From the NCBI GenBank assembly GCA_033442325.1, contig JAWQFM010000006.1:1081200-1145199 (forward strand): a stretch of 64,000 bases of DNA, written 5' to 3'. Of this stretch, positions 34,917 through 52,900 are shown piece by piece. The notes below the pieces were generated by a model. The model was not told where the DNA came from, ran no database searches, and saw only the letters and a program-made list of their open reading frames with translations. Each line of letters opens with the position of its first letter. Positions within the stretch are counted from its first letter, which is position 1. Source of the stretch: Salpingoeca rosetta. Taxonomy: Eukaryota; Protista; Choanoflagellata. The position numbers and the translations under genes are program-made.

Positions 34917-36301
34917 ATGAGAGTGGCTGGTGCACTGCTGCAGCAGGTGGGCCGGCGCGGCGTGATTGCTGTGCGCAGGGAGACCAAGAACCGATGGGAG
35001 CGGCGTGCTCCGCTCGTGCCCAAGCATGTGCGCAAGCTCAAGCGCATGGGCTTCCGCGTCCTCGTCCAGCCCAGCGACATGCGGTGAGTGTGCGAAACAG
35101 CACAAACAGAGGGGGAGGGGCCTGAGAAGCAGTGAACATCTTTTGCACGTTGCGATTGCGACATCCGTGGTCGGCCCCCCCCCCCCAAAAAAAAAAAAAC
35201 AGTCGTTCGCGGTGGTGAATGGATGGATGGATGGATAGAGGCGATGGAGGCGATGGAGGTGGGGAGGCCAGGGAAGGGAGGTGCAGAAAGTGAGGGCGAA
35301 AGCAGGTGGGTTGAGTTGATTGGAGAGGAAGTCAGTCAGTGTGAGGGGGTTTCTGTGCTGGTACGGCTGCACTGCCGTCATGCATTGCAGGCTGTTTATC
35401 CCTCGTCTTACACACATTGTACACGCCTTCTCCGACCCACACCCACCCTCGCTTTCTCCCTCCCTCCCTCCCTCCCTCCCTCCGTCACACACTCTCACCC
35501 TCTCTTTGACCAGCGTGTTTACGAATGAGCAGTATGCTCGCGCAGGGGCAGAGCTGGTTGAGGACCTCTCGGCAGCCAGCGTCGTGCTCGGTGTGAAGGA
35601 GGTGCCGCTCTCCGAGCTGCATCCAAACAAGACGTAAGCACGGGCATGTGATGAGTTGGTGTGGTTCCTGCGCTGTGCTTGTCTTCCCTTTCTCGTTCCC
35701 CCCCCCCTTCTGCTCCTCTTTGCTTCTTTTCCCTCCTCCTTTTTCTCCTTCTCCTTCTTGTTCGCCGCTTTGACCGATGACCTCTGCGTGCTCTCGTGTC
35801 GTCCAGGTATGTGTGCTTCTCCCACACCATCAAGGCGCAGGAAGGCAACATGGGCATGCTCGACGACATCCTCAGCAAGAACATCCGCCTCATCGATTAC
35901 GAATGCATGCTTGACGAGTTCGTTTTCCACCTTGCACCTCCATTCTGTTGTGAAGCTGTGTGTGCGTGTTTTTGTGCGCTGGCTTGCCTCTGTGTGTGTG
36001 TGTGTGCGCGCGCTGGCTGCGCTGGCTTGCCGTGTTTGTGCAGCATGTGTTCGTGTGGGTGTGCATTCGCGCACGTGTGAAAGACAGCATTGTTTCAATC
36101 CCAGCCACATGCTCACGTGCCACTGCTTGTGCTCCTTGACTGATAGGAACAAGAAGCGTGTGATTGGTTTTGGAAAGTTTGCCGGTATCGCTGGCATGAT
36201 CGATCTCCTCCGTGGCCTCGGCGACCGTCTTCTCGGTGCGCGTGTGTGCGTGCGTGCGTGTGTGCGTGCGTGCGTGTGTGTGTGTGTGTGTGCGTGCGTG
36301 C

Positions 36302-36367
<66 letters not shown>

Positions 36368-37141
36368 CTCACTCGCCAGGCATGAACGCTTTCGTCACAC
36401 GTGCACGCTCTTGCCGCCTTTCCATCCGTGTGCCATCTCCCGCGCATATTACCCTGACGTGCGGCGGGGTCATTCATTATCATCCACAGGTCTTGGGTAC
36501 AGCAACCCGTTCCTCGGCATGGGCTACATGGACTACTTCCACAGCGTGGCAGCGGCCAAGACGGCGCTGCAGCTTGTCGGCAACAACATCCTCATCAACG
36601 GCACTCCAAAGGCCGTCGCCCCCATGATCTTCGGTTTCACAGGTCAACCCTCTTTATGCATCTTTCTGATGTTCACATGCATGGTTGTGTGCGTGCGTGT
36701 GTGCGTGCGTGTGTGCGTGTGTGTGCGTGTGTGCGTGTGTGTACTCGGGTGTACCTGCGTGTTTGATGCGCCATTGCCCGTGCGCTCGCCGAGTGATCCT
36801 CCCCATTTCCCCCGTCCCTTCTCTGTCCTCACAACCCACCCATGCACCCCCGTCTCCTTTGTCGCTGTGCAGGCACTGGCAACGTGACGCAGGGCGCGCT
36901 TGAGATCTTTGAGCAGCTGCCACACGAGTACATCACGGCAAAGGACCTCGAAGTTGTCATCGCTTCCGGCGACCCCAACAGTCAGCGGCCGCCCATGCAC
37001 TGCTACTGCGCATCCCTTTGTTGTACCTTCAGGCTTGGTGCCTGTTTGCTGTTGCTCTGATGTGCTCGTGCGTGTGAATCGTGCTGCCATGCCACAACTT
37101 CAACTCATGCCACAACTTCAACTCATGCCCACACCTTCCTT

Positions 37142-37173
<32 letters not shown>

Positions 37174-38527
37174 TTCTCTGCTTCTCCTCCTCTCCTCCTC
37201 CCGCCCGTTTGGCTCTTCCTGCGTGCAGCGCTCTACGGCATCAAGCTCCAGCGCGAGGATCTCGTGCAGCACAAGGACCCCACACAGCGCGTCACCTTCG
37301 ACAAGGTGTTCATGGTGGTGCACATGTCCTGTCCTGTGCTCCGTGTGATCATACGTGATGCACTAGCTTTGCCGATTCCGCCTTTTTCTCCCCACCTCGC
37401 CCCATCACAACCCCATCTCACAACCCCCACCACTTCACCACCACTTGGCCGACGAAACGCCCCCTGTGCACCGTTAGAACCACTACAACTCCAACCCGGA
37501 CGAGTATGAGCCCATCTTCCACACCAAGATTGCCCCCCACATCTCCGCCCTCGTGCGTTGCTTTACACCTCGCCTCATGCTGCACTGTTGTCACGCGTCC
37601 TGTCGCACGCTGCGCGCTCTTTCTGTTGACTCTGTGACACGCACAGAACACACACACACGTGCAATCACGCAATTGCCTCGCGACCACGCCAGTCTGTTG
37701 TCTCCCTCTTTGGTTCATGCTCACGCTTCCACATGCCCCCCCCCTCTCCACATTTGCTCTGACAGGTGCACGGCATGTACTGGGACGCGCGCTTCCCGCG
37801 TCTGCTGACGTGCGACCAGATGCGCGCCCTCCACAACACGGGAACAAGCCGCCTCATCGGTAAGTCAGACCGCGCTCCCTGCTGTGTGTATGTATGCATG
37901 TACACTCATGCGGCTGCGGTGTGCCTTGCCTGTGTAGCGTGTACGTGTGCGTCCGCGTGCGTATGTACACTCATGCAAAAATTGCAGTGCAGTGCGCCTT
38001 GTCTTTGCTGCGTTGTCGATGACACGAACACGTGCGCTCACCGCCTCCCCGTTCACACCACCGTCTGCAGCGATTGCCGACATTTCCGCTGATCCAAACG
38101 GCTCCATCGAGTTTACACGCGAGTGCACAACCATCGACCGCCCTTATGAAGGTTTGCATTGGTGCTACTTTATGTTTACATTTGTGTGCCTTGGTGCTGT
38201 TTGCTCATGCCACGCGCCTGCTCTTTGGCCTTCAACCACGTGCTTACTCACACTCACTCACTCACACACACTCACTCACTCACACACACTCACTCACTCA
38301 CATACACAACTTCCTCTCCGTGTACTTGTACTGCCGTGACATGTAGTGTACAACCCGAACACGGACACGAGCGTGTTTGACTGGGAGGCTGAAGGCATTC
38401 TCCTCGGTCAGTGCTTCTGCCTTGTTGTTGATGGTCATGGCGGTCGCATGCTGACACCAGCGACGTTGCCAGTGTTGTTGCTGCTTTGCCTCGTGCTTGC
38501 CCAAACACGTTGACGTTATCCCTAGCG

Positions 38528-38564
<37 letters not shown>

Positions 38565-39201
38565 CACTAACACTAACACATCACATGGCCTGCCCACCCC
38601 ACCTCTTCTTTCTTCCCCCCCCCCCCCCACCTCCAACCAACCCCCCTGGCAACAGGCTCTGTGGACAACCTGCCTGCTGAGATTCCCGTAGAGGCGTCCA
38701 TCCACTTTGGCGATCTGCTTGTCGACTACATCCCCGAGCTCGCCCGCTCAGACATGACGCTCCCCTTTGAGCAGCAGACGGACATTGGCGACACGCTGCG
38801 CAACGCCATTATCACCGCCCACGGCAAGCTCACACCGCGCTACGAGTACATTGCCAACCTGCGCCGCGAGAACGAAGAGCTCGCCCGCAAGAGCGCGCCC
38901 CCACGCGTGGTTGTGCTCGGCTCTGGACTCGTCTGTCCGTCGTACATTGACAGCCTGCTCAAGGTCATGGGCAGCGGCAAGGTGGACGTGACCGTTGTTG
39001 GCGCGCAGGCGAGCGAGCTGAAGCAGCTTGCCAACGCCTACGACACCATCAACACCGTGGAACTGGACGTCACTGACGATGCTGCGCTCCGCTCCGTCAT
39101 TGGCACCTCTGATGTTGTCGTCAGCCTCCTCCCCGCCAGCCTTCACCTCCGACCAGCAAAGCTCTGTCTCGAGCTCGGTCAGTGCACCTGCGCGCCAACT
39201 G

Positions 39202-39233
<32 letters not shown>

Positions 39234-41203
39234 TGTGTGTGTGTATGTGTGTGTGTGTGAAAGCTGACTTCACGTTGCTTTCCCTTGCATTTTGTCCTCA
39301 CTCACGCACTCACGCACTCACACATTCTCGTCCTTTTCATGGGTTTCCTCCATGCTCGCACGTCCAACCTACGAATGCCCACGCCTTTCAATGGCACCAC
39401 CGCAATGACGGGCAATGCTCTCAGGCAAGGACATGGTGACGACGAGCTATGTCTCTGACGAGATGGCTGCGCTTCACGATGAGGCGCGCGAGAAGGGGCT
39501 CGTCTTCCTCAACGAGTGCGGCCTCGACCCGGGCATCGACCACTTCAAGGCCATGGACATCATCCACCGGTGCGTCATCATGGTTTTGCGTTTGCGACCA
39601 CGCCTGCATGATACCCTATTCCTGTGCCTTGCCCCACGCCTTTTGCCGTTGCCTGACGATGCTCTCTCCCCACCCCGTCTCTCACCGCGGCTGGCAGTCT
39701 GTCTGAGTCGAACATGGACATTACGTCGTTCACGTCCTGGTGCGGCGGCCTCCCCGCCATCCACTGCGCCAACAACCCGCTCGGCTACAAGTTCAGCTGG
39801 AGCCCGCGCGGCGTGCTCGGTACGAGACAAGGCAGATTTGTGTCTGTGTGTGTGTGCATGTGCGTGCGTGTGTGTGCGTGCATGTGTGTGCATGTGCGTG
39901 CGCTTGTGTGCATATGTGTGTGCATGTGTGTGTGTGCATGCGTGTGTGCGTGTGTGTGCATGCGTGTGTGCGTGTGTGCATGCGTGTGTGCGTGTGTGTG
40001 CGCGTGCATGTGTGTGTGTGTGCATGTGTGTGTGTTTTGCCCCCTTTCTCACGTCAGCGACTTCCTCCTCTCTTCTTTCTTCTCCTCCCGTCTTCTCCCG
40101 CGGCAGTTGCTGCGAAGAACGCTGCGCGGTACCGTGAGCACGGCGCTGTTGTGGACGTTGAGAGCGGCACCCTCCCCGAGCACGCCCGCGACGTGCAGGT
40201 CGGCCGCATGCAGTTTGTCGGCACCCCAAACCGCGACTCGGTCAAGTACGAGAGCGTGTACGGCCTGGACAAGAGCGGCAAGCTGGAGTGCATTCTGCGC
40301 GGCACGCTGCGCTACACAGGCTTCTGGGAGGCGCTGCGCGTGTTTACGGAGGTTGGTCTCCTGCGTGAGGACATCAAGCTCGGCGCTTCCACCGCCCGCG
40401 ACCTCATTGCCGAGGCAGCAAAGGCGCAGCCCGACGACGTGCCGGCAGAGACGCAGGAGGAGGCCCTTCGCATGCTTGCAGAGTGCGGTGTTGGGGAGAG
40501 CACGCGGTGCCCTGCCCACGTTGCCCCGCTGGACGCGCTCTCGGCCCTGCTTACAGACGCCCTCGCCTACCAACGCGGCGAACGCGACATGATCGTCCTC
40601 ACACACAGGTGTGCGGCTGTGTGAATGATTCGTGCGCTCTGCAATGCCGTTGCGTATGTGTGCGAGTGTATGTGTCTGCGTGCGTGTGTGTGTGTACGTG
40701 TGCGTACGTGTGCGTGCGTGCGTGCGTGCGTGCGTGTGTGCGTGTGTGACTTTTTGTGTGCGTTTATGTGTTTGGTTATTATCTCCCATTGTGCATACCC
40801 TCTCTCCCACATTCCCCCTTCCCTACACACGCTCACCTCCTCACCAACTGCACCACCATCTCCGCCACCGCAACGATCACGTCCCTGTCCCTGTCCTCCG
40901 TCGTCCTCGCACCTCCACCGCCGCCGCAGCTTCACTGGTGTTGGCAGCGGCAGCAAGACGGTGCAGGTCGATGCTGAGCTGTCGTACATGGGCGGCCGCC
41001 ACCCCATGGAGGCAACTGCGATGGCCACCACCGTTGGCGCGCCCGGCGCCCTCGCCACCAAGTACGTGCTGAACAAGAACGAGTGCAGCTTCCTGGACCG
41101 CGGCGTGCTGCGCCCAACCAACGTGCAGCTGAGTCAGCAGTTTTTGAAGGACCTCGACAAGTACTTTGACATCTCCTTCAACGAGCGCGTCATTGAGTCG
41201 TAA
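34917..41203 (+). CDS. AASS: Alpha-aminoadipic semialdehyde synthase (bifunctional LKR/SDH)
   Basis: [117 protein letters not shown] and AMATTVG. Confidence 0.95.
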
Positions 41204-41843
41204 ACCACCAGCACCAGCACGATACGCCACAGGCCAATCACAACCACCGCCACCACCGCCACCACCACCAGTGATTCTTATTCTCCAGCAACATGCACGC
41301 CGTTTGATGGGTTGATAAGACGAGGCACATGTGTGTTTATGTGGCGGTGCCGATGCTGCGGCTGTAGTTGCTGTTGCGTATACCTCGTTTGTGAGAGGGT
41401 GTGTTCACTGTTTTGCTCGTCTTTTTGGTTTGTAGGCGTGTGTGTGTGTGTGTGTGTGTGCGTGTGCGTGTGCGTGTGCGTGTTTGCGTGTGTCATGTTG
41501 AACCAGAACAAACAGCCCGCCATTCACCCCAACACACGCCACACTCGTGTTCTTCTTGGTCCCCTCAATAAGCAAACCCTCCTCAAGCAGCATCAAACGC
41601 GACAACAACAGGAATGCGTGCGCGCACATATGTGTTGGTTGAAGGGGGAAAGGCGTGTTTATCATTCATTACATTACATGTGAAGGAATAAGTGATAACT
41701 GAAAGAGGGGACATCGTCCAACAACATGCGAGTACAAAGCGTCAAGTCATATGAATGAATGAATTACGTGAGCTGTAAAAGTGCAAGCGTGGTTGTGCGA
41801 AAACCACAGGCGTTTCAGGTCCGATATTGCTCAATGCACTTTA

Positions 41844-44971
<3,128 letters not shown>

Positions 44972-45145
44972 CTCCGCACAGTTGTTGCTCGTGTTGTTTG
45001 TGTCCCGTGTGAAATGGGTGTGTGTGATGATTGAAAGCGATGACGTGAGAATGCCTTCGTTTGAATGGTGACGGACACGGGTTTCATTGAAGTTGCTGAA
45101 TCGACAACACTGACAGGCACGCACACCCTCTCTCCTTCGCGCATG

Positions 45146-47694
<2,549 letters not shown>

Positions 47695-47793
47695 CTTTTC
47701 GTGTGTCGTGCTGTCGTGTGTGTTCTTGCAATTGGCAAAACGGTACCTTTGTCGTGATATGCAATTTGCAAACGACAACACCCACCAACGACG
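47695..47793. promoter_or_regulatory. Putative ultra-compact bidirectional promoter (RMT2 / calmodulin-like)
   Basis: 99 bp between divergent ATGs. Contains the near-palindromes TTGCAATTGGCAA and TGCAATTTGCA. Confidence 0.55.
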
Positions 47794-47964
47794 ATGAGTG
47801 GCGTACCAAAGTTCACGGACAAGCAGCTCAAGGAGTTTCGCATGGCCTTTGGTGCGTGGTGCGTGTGTGTCTGTGTCAGTCTGTGCATGCATGTGTGTGT
47901 GCATGTGTGTGCGTGTGTGTGTGTGTGTCTGTGTGTGTGTGTGTCTGTGTGTGTGTCTGTGTGT

Positions 47965-47996
<32 letters not shown>

Positions 47997-48692
47997 CGAT
48001 GCGTGAGAGAAGCAGTTGTTATCTCTCTCGCACCCTCTCTCTTCCCCCACCCCCACCTCTCTCGATCCATCTCTGTCCCACGTACTCACACTCGCGTGCG
48101 ATGTTCGCTCGACACTGTTCATGTGTGCATTAGACACATTTGACAAGGATGCAGATGGCAAAGTAGACTCGGATTCGTGTTGCCGTGCAATGCGCGCATG
48201 CGGAATCCCGCTCACCGTGAAGGAAGTGCAGGTGCGCCAACACCACCACCTTTCAACCCCCAGCCTTGCTCGTGTCTTTGTTTTTGCTGCCCATGAACCA
48301 CATCATGAACGTGCGTATGTGTGTGTGTGTGTGTATGTGTGCGTGTGTGTGCGTGAGTGCATCTGCTTGTATCTGCCTCTCTGTCTCTCCTTTTCTCTGT
48401 GTCTGTTCCTTCCCTCTTCTTCCTCAATTACCCACTTCCACCCTCACACGCACACTTGCAAATGCAAACGCGTGTGTAGGAGATCACAACGGACCTTGAC
48501 TTGTACTCGGACAGTGAAATCAACTGGGATGGTTTCCTTGCGTTATTGGAACAGCACTGGAAGCCCATCCCAACTAAGGAGGAGCTCGTCAAGGCGTTTC
48601 AAAGGGTATCGAGCATGTGTACTTGCGCTGTGTGTCTGTCGTTGTGTGTGTCGATGTGTGTGTGTGTTTGTTTGTTTGTTTGTTTGTTAGTT

Positions 48693-48765
<73 letters not shown>

Positions 48766-49074
48766 GTGTGTGTCGATGTGCGGGTGGGTGTATGTTGACC
48801 TGTTTGCCAGCGTGATTGCTCTTCGAGCGCCACAACTGCCCATGTATTCCCTTCCCTGCGCCCAACACGCACGCTCATATGCCTGTGCTCCGCTTACTCG
48901 CGGCCTTTGGTGTTGTGTCATTGTACAGATTGACACGGATGGCAGCGGCTCTTTGTCTGCAACCGAGCTGAAGCGATACCTCACCAACATTGGTGACCCT
49001 CTCAGCGAAGACGAAGTGTGTGTGTGTGTGTTCGTGATTGTGTGTTCGTGATTGTGTGTTCGTGATTGTGTGTG

Positions 49075-49138
<64 letters not shown>

Positions 49139-49413
49139 TGTGTGTGTGCACTTCTGCCTTCGCTTTGACCCTCTGCCATACAATTCTCACACTGCCCCCC
49201 TCTCTCTCCTCCCTCTTCCGCTCTCGTCTTCCACTCTCCACCTTTTCCATTCCCATGTCACCGCCTCACGCCACCAACACGCCCCCCCCCCCCCTTCCCA
49301 TCACACAGTTCAAAGAGCTGCTGAAGGACGTGGACCAGGACGGTGATGGAGAAGTGTCGTTCAAGGAGTTTGTGGACCTCATGACATCTGGTGTCACATA
49401 CAAGGACTATTGA
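47794..49413 (+). CDS. Calmodulin-like EF-hand protein
   Basis: FTDKQLKEFRMAF|DTFDKDADGKV...; IDTDGSGSLSATELKRYLTNIGDPLSEDE; DVDQDGDGEVSFKEFVDLM. The N-lobe loops are degenerate and the C-lobe loops canonical. Confidence 0.85.
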
Positions 49414-49954
49414 GCAGATGGCAGGAAACCGCGCGTGCTCTTCCTGTGCTTTTCACTCTGTTGTTGCTCCCACTGCTGCCGCTGTCGTTGCAGCAGCAGC
49501 AGTTGCTCAGGAGAACCTGTGTCGTGTCGCTTGCCATCCACATCCTCACATTTGTGCCATGTCTCCGCTGCATTTCTTCTTTGCTTCTATGTTACCTTTC
49601 CTTATCTGCAGCAGCTTGCGCCTTTGCTTACACTTGCTTTTCTTCCTTGCCCTATGCATTGTGATGCTTGCATGTGTGTACATGTGGAGACGTGCCCTCA
49701 CCATCCCCCGCATGATGCTGCAGCCGTGTGCTGAGCATTGCCGCCGCTTGTTTTGCTGTGTATGGCCGCGTGATGCGACGCGTGCAACAAACAACTCTCT
49801 TGGGCACCCCAATACAAAAATAAAACGTGAACCCACATGGGTGGGTCCTGAAGCTTTCATCACAGCATTAGCATGGAAGCAAAGAAACGCCAGCCCAACA
49901 AACAAACAAACACAAACAAACAAACAAACAAACAAACAAACAGACGAATTGGAA

Positions 49955-52900
49955 TCAGGTGTTATTCTGCCGCTGCTGCTGCAAGAGAGCGATAATGCGG
50001 GCGCTGTCGCGCTGCAGTGCGCCCACCTTCTCCGCCAGGCTCTCCTGCACCCCGTGCACCTGCGCCTCCATGGCCGCCAGTCGCACCGCCAGCTCGTCCA
50101 CGCGCGCCTTCACGTCTGCAGCAGACGCCCGCGACTGCGTCTTCATCTCCATCTTGAGCATGGTCAGCATGCCCTGCCACTGCTGCCCGGGCGTGCTCTC
50201 GCCAACCCCCGTGCTCTTGGGCACGAGCACGTGCAGCCACTTTGGAAACAGCTTGGGGTCGCTCTTCTCTGCCGGCGACAGGAACAGCTCGCGTTCGCGC
50301 AGGTAGCGTGCGCGCAGCAGCTGGAACTCAATGTCTGCGCGGTCCTGGATGCGCTCGTACGAGTCCGACATGAGCGCAATCAGCAGGTTCAGCAGCACAA
50401 CGGGGACCAGCACCATGGAGATGACAAACAGGATGCGCAGCAGCACGGCATAGGTGCCGCCAAAGGTGTCCAGCTCAAACTCCGCCAGCAGCAGCATGTT
50501 GAACATGATCAGCAGGCCGTTGGCCGGGTCGCCGAGCCCGTCCAAGGGCACCGTCTTGTCATCCAGCAGCAGCAGCCGGAACGACGTCCACGCGGCGACA
50601 ATGCTGATGCCGAGGACCACCAGGAAGTAGCGCATGTCAAAGCAGATGGCCAGGATCATGCGCACAAGCGGGCCGGTCGTCTTGAACGCTTGCAGGTGGT
50701 AGAGGATGCCAAACCAGCGGAGGTACGACGCAATCGCCAGCACGGCGCGCGCGTGCTGCCACCCGCCCAGGTAAGTGGCCAGCACCACAAAGGCAAGGAC
50801 AATGTTGAGGGAGTCAAGCCAGTTCCAGAAGTCGCGCCAGTGCCCGCGCAGGTACCGCCACTCCAGCATCTCGTGTTTGGCCTCGGAGGCGGCGTACAGC
50901 CCCAGCACAAGCACCATGATCACCGACACCACATCTGTTGCCGAGGCCTTGCTGGACAGCAGCTGCGACACGTCGTTGCCTTGCAGATCGACAACAAACG
51001 TGAGCACGGTGATGAAGACGACGGAGAGCAGGTACCAGTTGGCCTCGTTCCTGAACTTGCGTCGCCCATATGTCTCCCACTTGAAGCGGACGACTGCGCG
51101 CGCAATGTAGTTGCCAAACAGCTCTGCCCGCCCGGCCTCCACCAGCGTGTCCAGCAGGCACGTGCCGTCAGGGAGCGTCGAAGCCGCGTATGGTACGGGC
51201 ACGACGCGCGCCTCCGTGAGCACGGTGTGGTTCGACTGCGTCTCCAGTGCTTCGAGCTCCCCCGATGCCCGCAGCGACTGCCACAGGCCGGCGTTCTCGA
51301 CGGGGCACTCGTCGCCCACCACAATCATGCGCGATGTCGGGAGCCGCGTGGCGCGGTGGTCGTAGCCGACGTCAGCACCGGACAGGACGAGGCCAAGGTT
51401 TCGCAGGAACGCCGCGGCAACCTGGGGGAACTCGCGAATCAGCAGCATGAGGTCCTGCGTGAAGCCGTGATGCAGGCTGAGCAGGGACAGCTCCCAGGGG
51501 TAGTGGTCGGCCGGGTTGGCCTTGCCGCGGTCCTGTGCCCGCGCGGCGTCTGCAATCTTCGCCGTCACCATCGACAGCACCTCCACGTCCTTGGCGTGCG
51601 TGATGGCCGCGTGCAGCATGGAGGGCTGGCGCTCGAGACTGAGCACGGGCACCGTTGGGATGGACAGCATGCATGCAAGCACGTCCAAACGCCTGCTGTC
51701 GCTCGCCGCCCATGCCAGCGGGCTCAGCCCCGTCTTCATCCCGCGCCGCCCCCCGCGACGGTGCCGTCGCTTCTGCAGCTGGTGTTGATGCTGGTGTTGC
51801 TGGTGGTGCTGGTGGTGTTGCTGGTGAGGATGCACGAGCGCGGACTTGGACGTGGTGCGGTCCACACTCTCACCGCTCTCGCTCTCACCAAAGCCACCAA
51901 AATCATCAGCACCATCCCCATCCTCATCACCGCCATCACCATCCCCAGTACTGGACGCGCTCTCGTGCAGGGTGGACAGCTGTTGTTGCTGCTGGCCCTT
52001 GCGTGTGCGATGGCGCTGGAGTTGTTGCGCATGCAGCTGCTGTGACGAGCGCGGTGCATCATCTGCTGTCACCACGGCACCACCACCGTTGCGCGTGTGC
52101 ACTGCGCCCTGCGCGTGCGGGTCGCTGCCATCTGGCATGGTGCACTCGAGCGTGGACGGGAACGCAGTCAGGCAGCGCTGCAGTGCATTCAGCCGGCGTG
52201 CCGGGTTCTCGTTGAAGCGGTCGTGCGCAATCGTGCCTGTCAGCGCAAACGTCGGCATGTGCGGCAGGTCCGTGCAGCGCTCCGGCGCCAGCATGGACCC
52301 CATTGGCCACACCCGCAGCGTTTTGTCGTGTGTGCCGCCGGCCGACACGATAAACTGCATGTCTGGGCTCACGGCCACGGCGTTGACCTTGTCGGTGTGG
52401 CCCTCCAGCGAGCAGATGCACACAGCGCCACCGCCGCTGCTGATCAGGCCGTTGCTGCCGTGTGCATGCGATGTGGAGGAAGAAGGAAAGTTGGGAGAGA
52501 GGGGGGAGGAGGCATGGGAGGAGGAGGAGGAGGAGGAGGAGTGCCCTGCTGCCGTTGTCGTTGCTGCTGCTGTTGCTGCTGTTGCTGTGCTTTCGAGCTG
52601 CCACACCTTGACTGTGGCGTCTTCCCCCGCAGAGATGATGTGGCGGTTGTCGCTCGCAACTGTGACGCACGTAACACACCCCTCGTGTCCCGTGAGCACA
52701 GCCCTGCACACAACGCGCTCAGGAACAACAACGGCCTCTGGCGGAATGTCCCACAGGCGAATGGTGCCGTCGTCGCCGGCCGAGACCAGCGTGCGCGCGT
52801 CGGGCGTGAACGCGAGGTCGCTCACCCCGGCCTCGTCCGCATCAAAGCTGCCGTACGTGTGGGCGTTGAGGGTGAGCAGGACAGACGGCTTGCTCAGGCC

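Noticed and set aside
37089-37130. 18-bp tandem duplication (atgccacaacttcaactc); similar short repeats at ~58835-58885
   Set aside because: Local slippage repeats in intronic or probably intronic sequence, with no supportable function.
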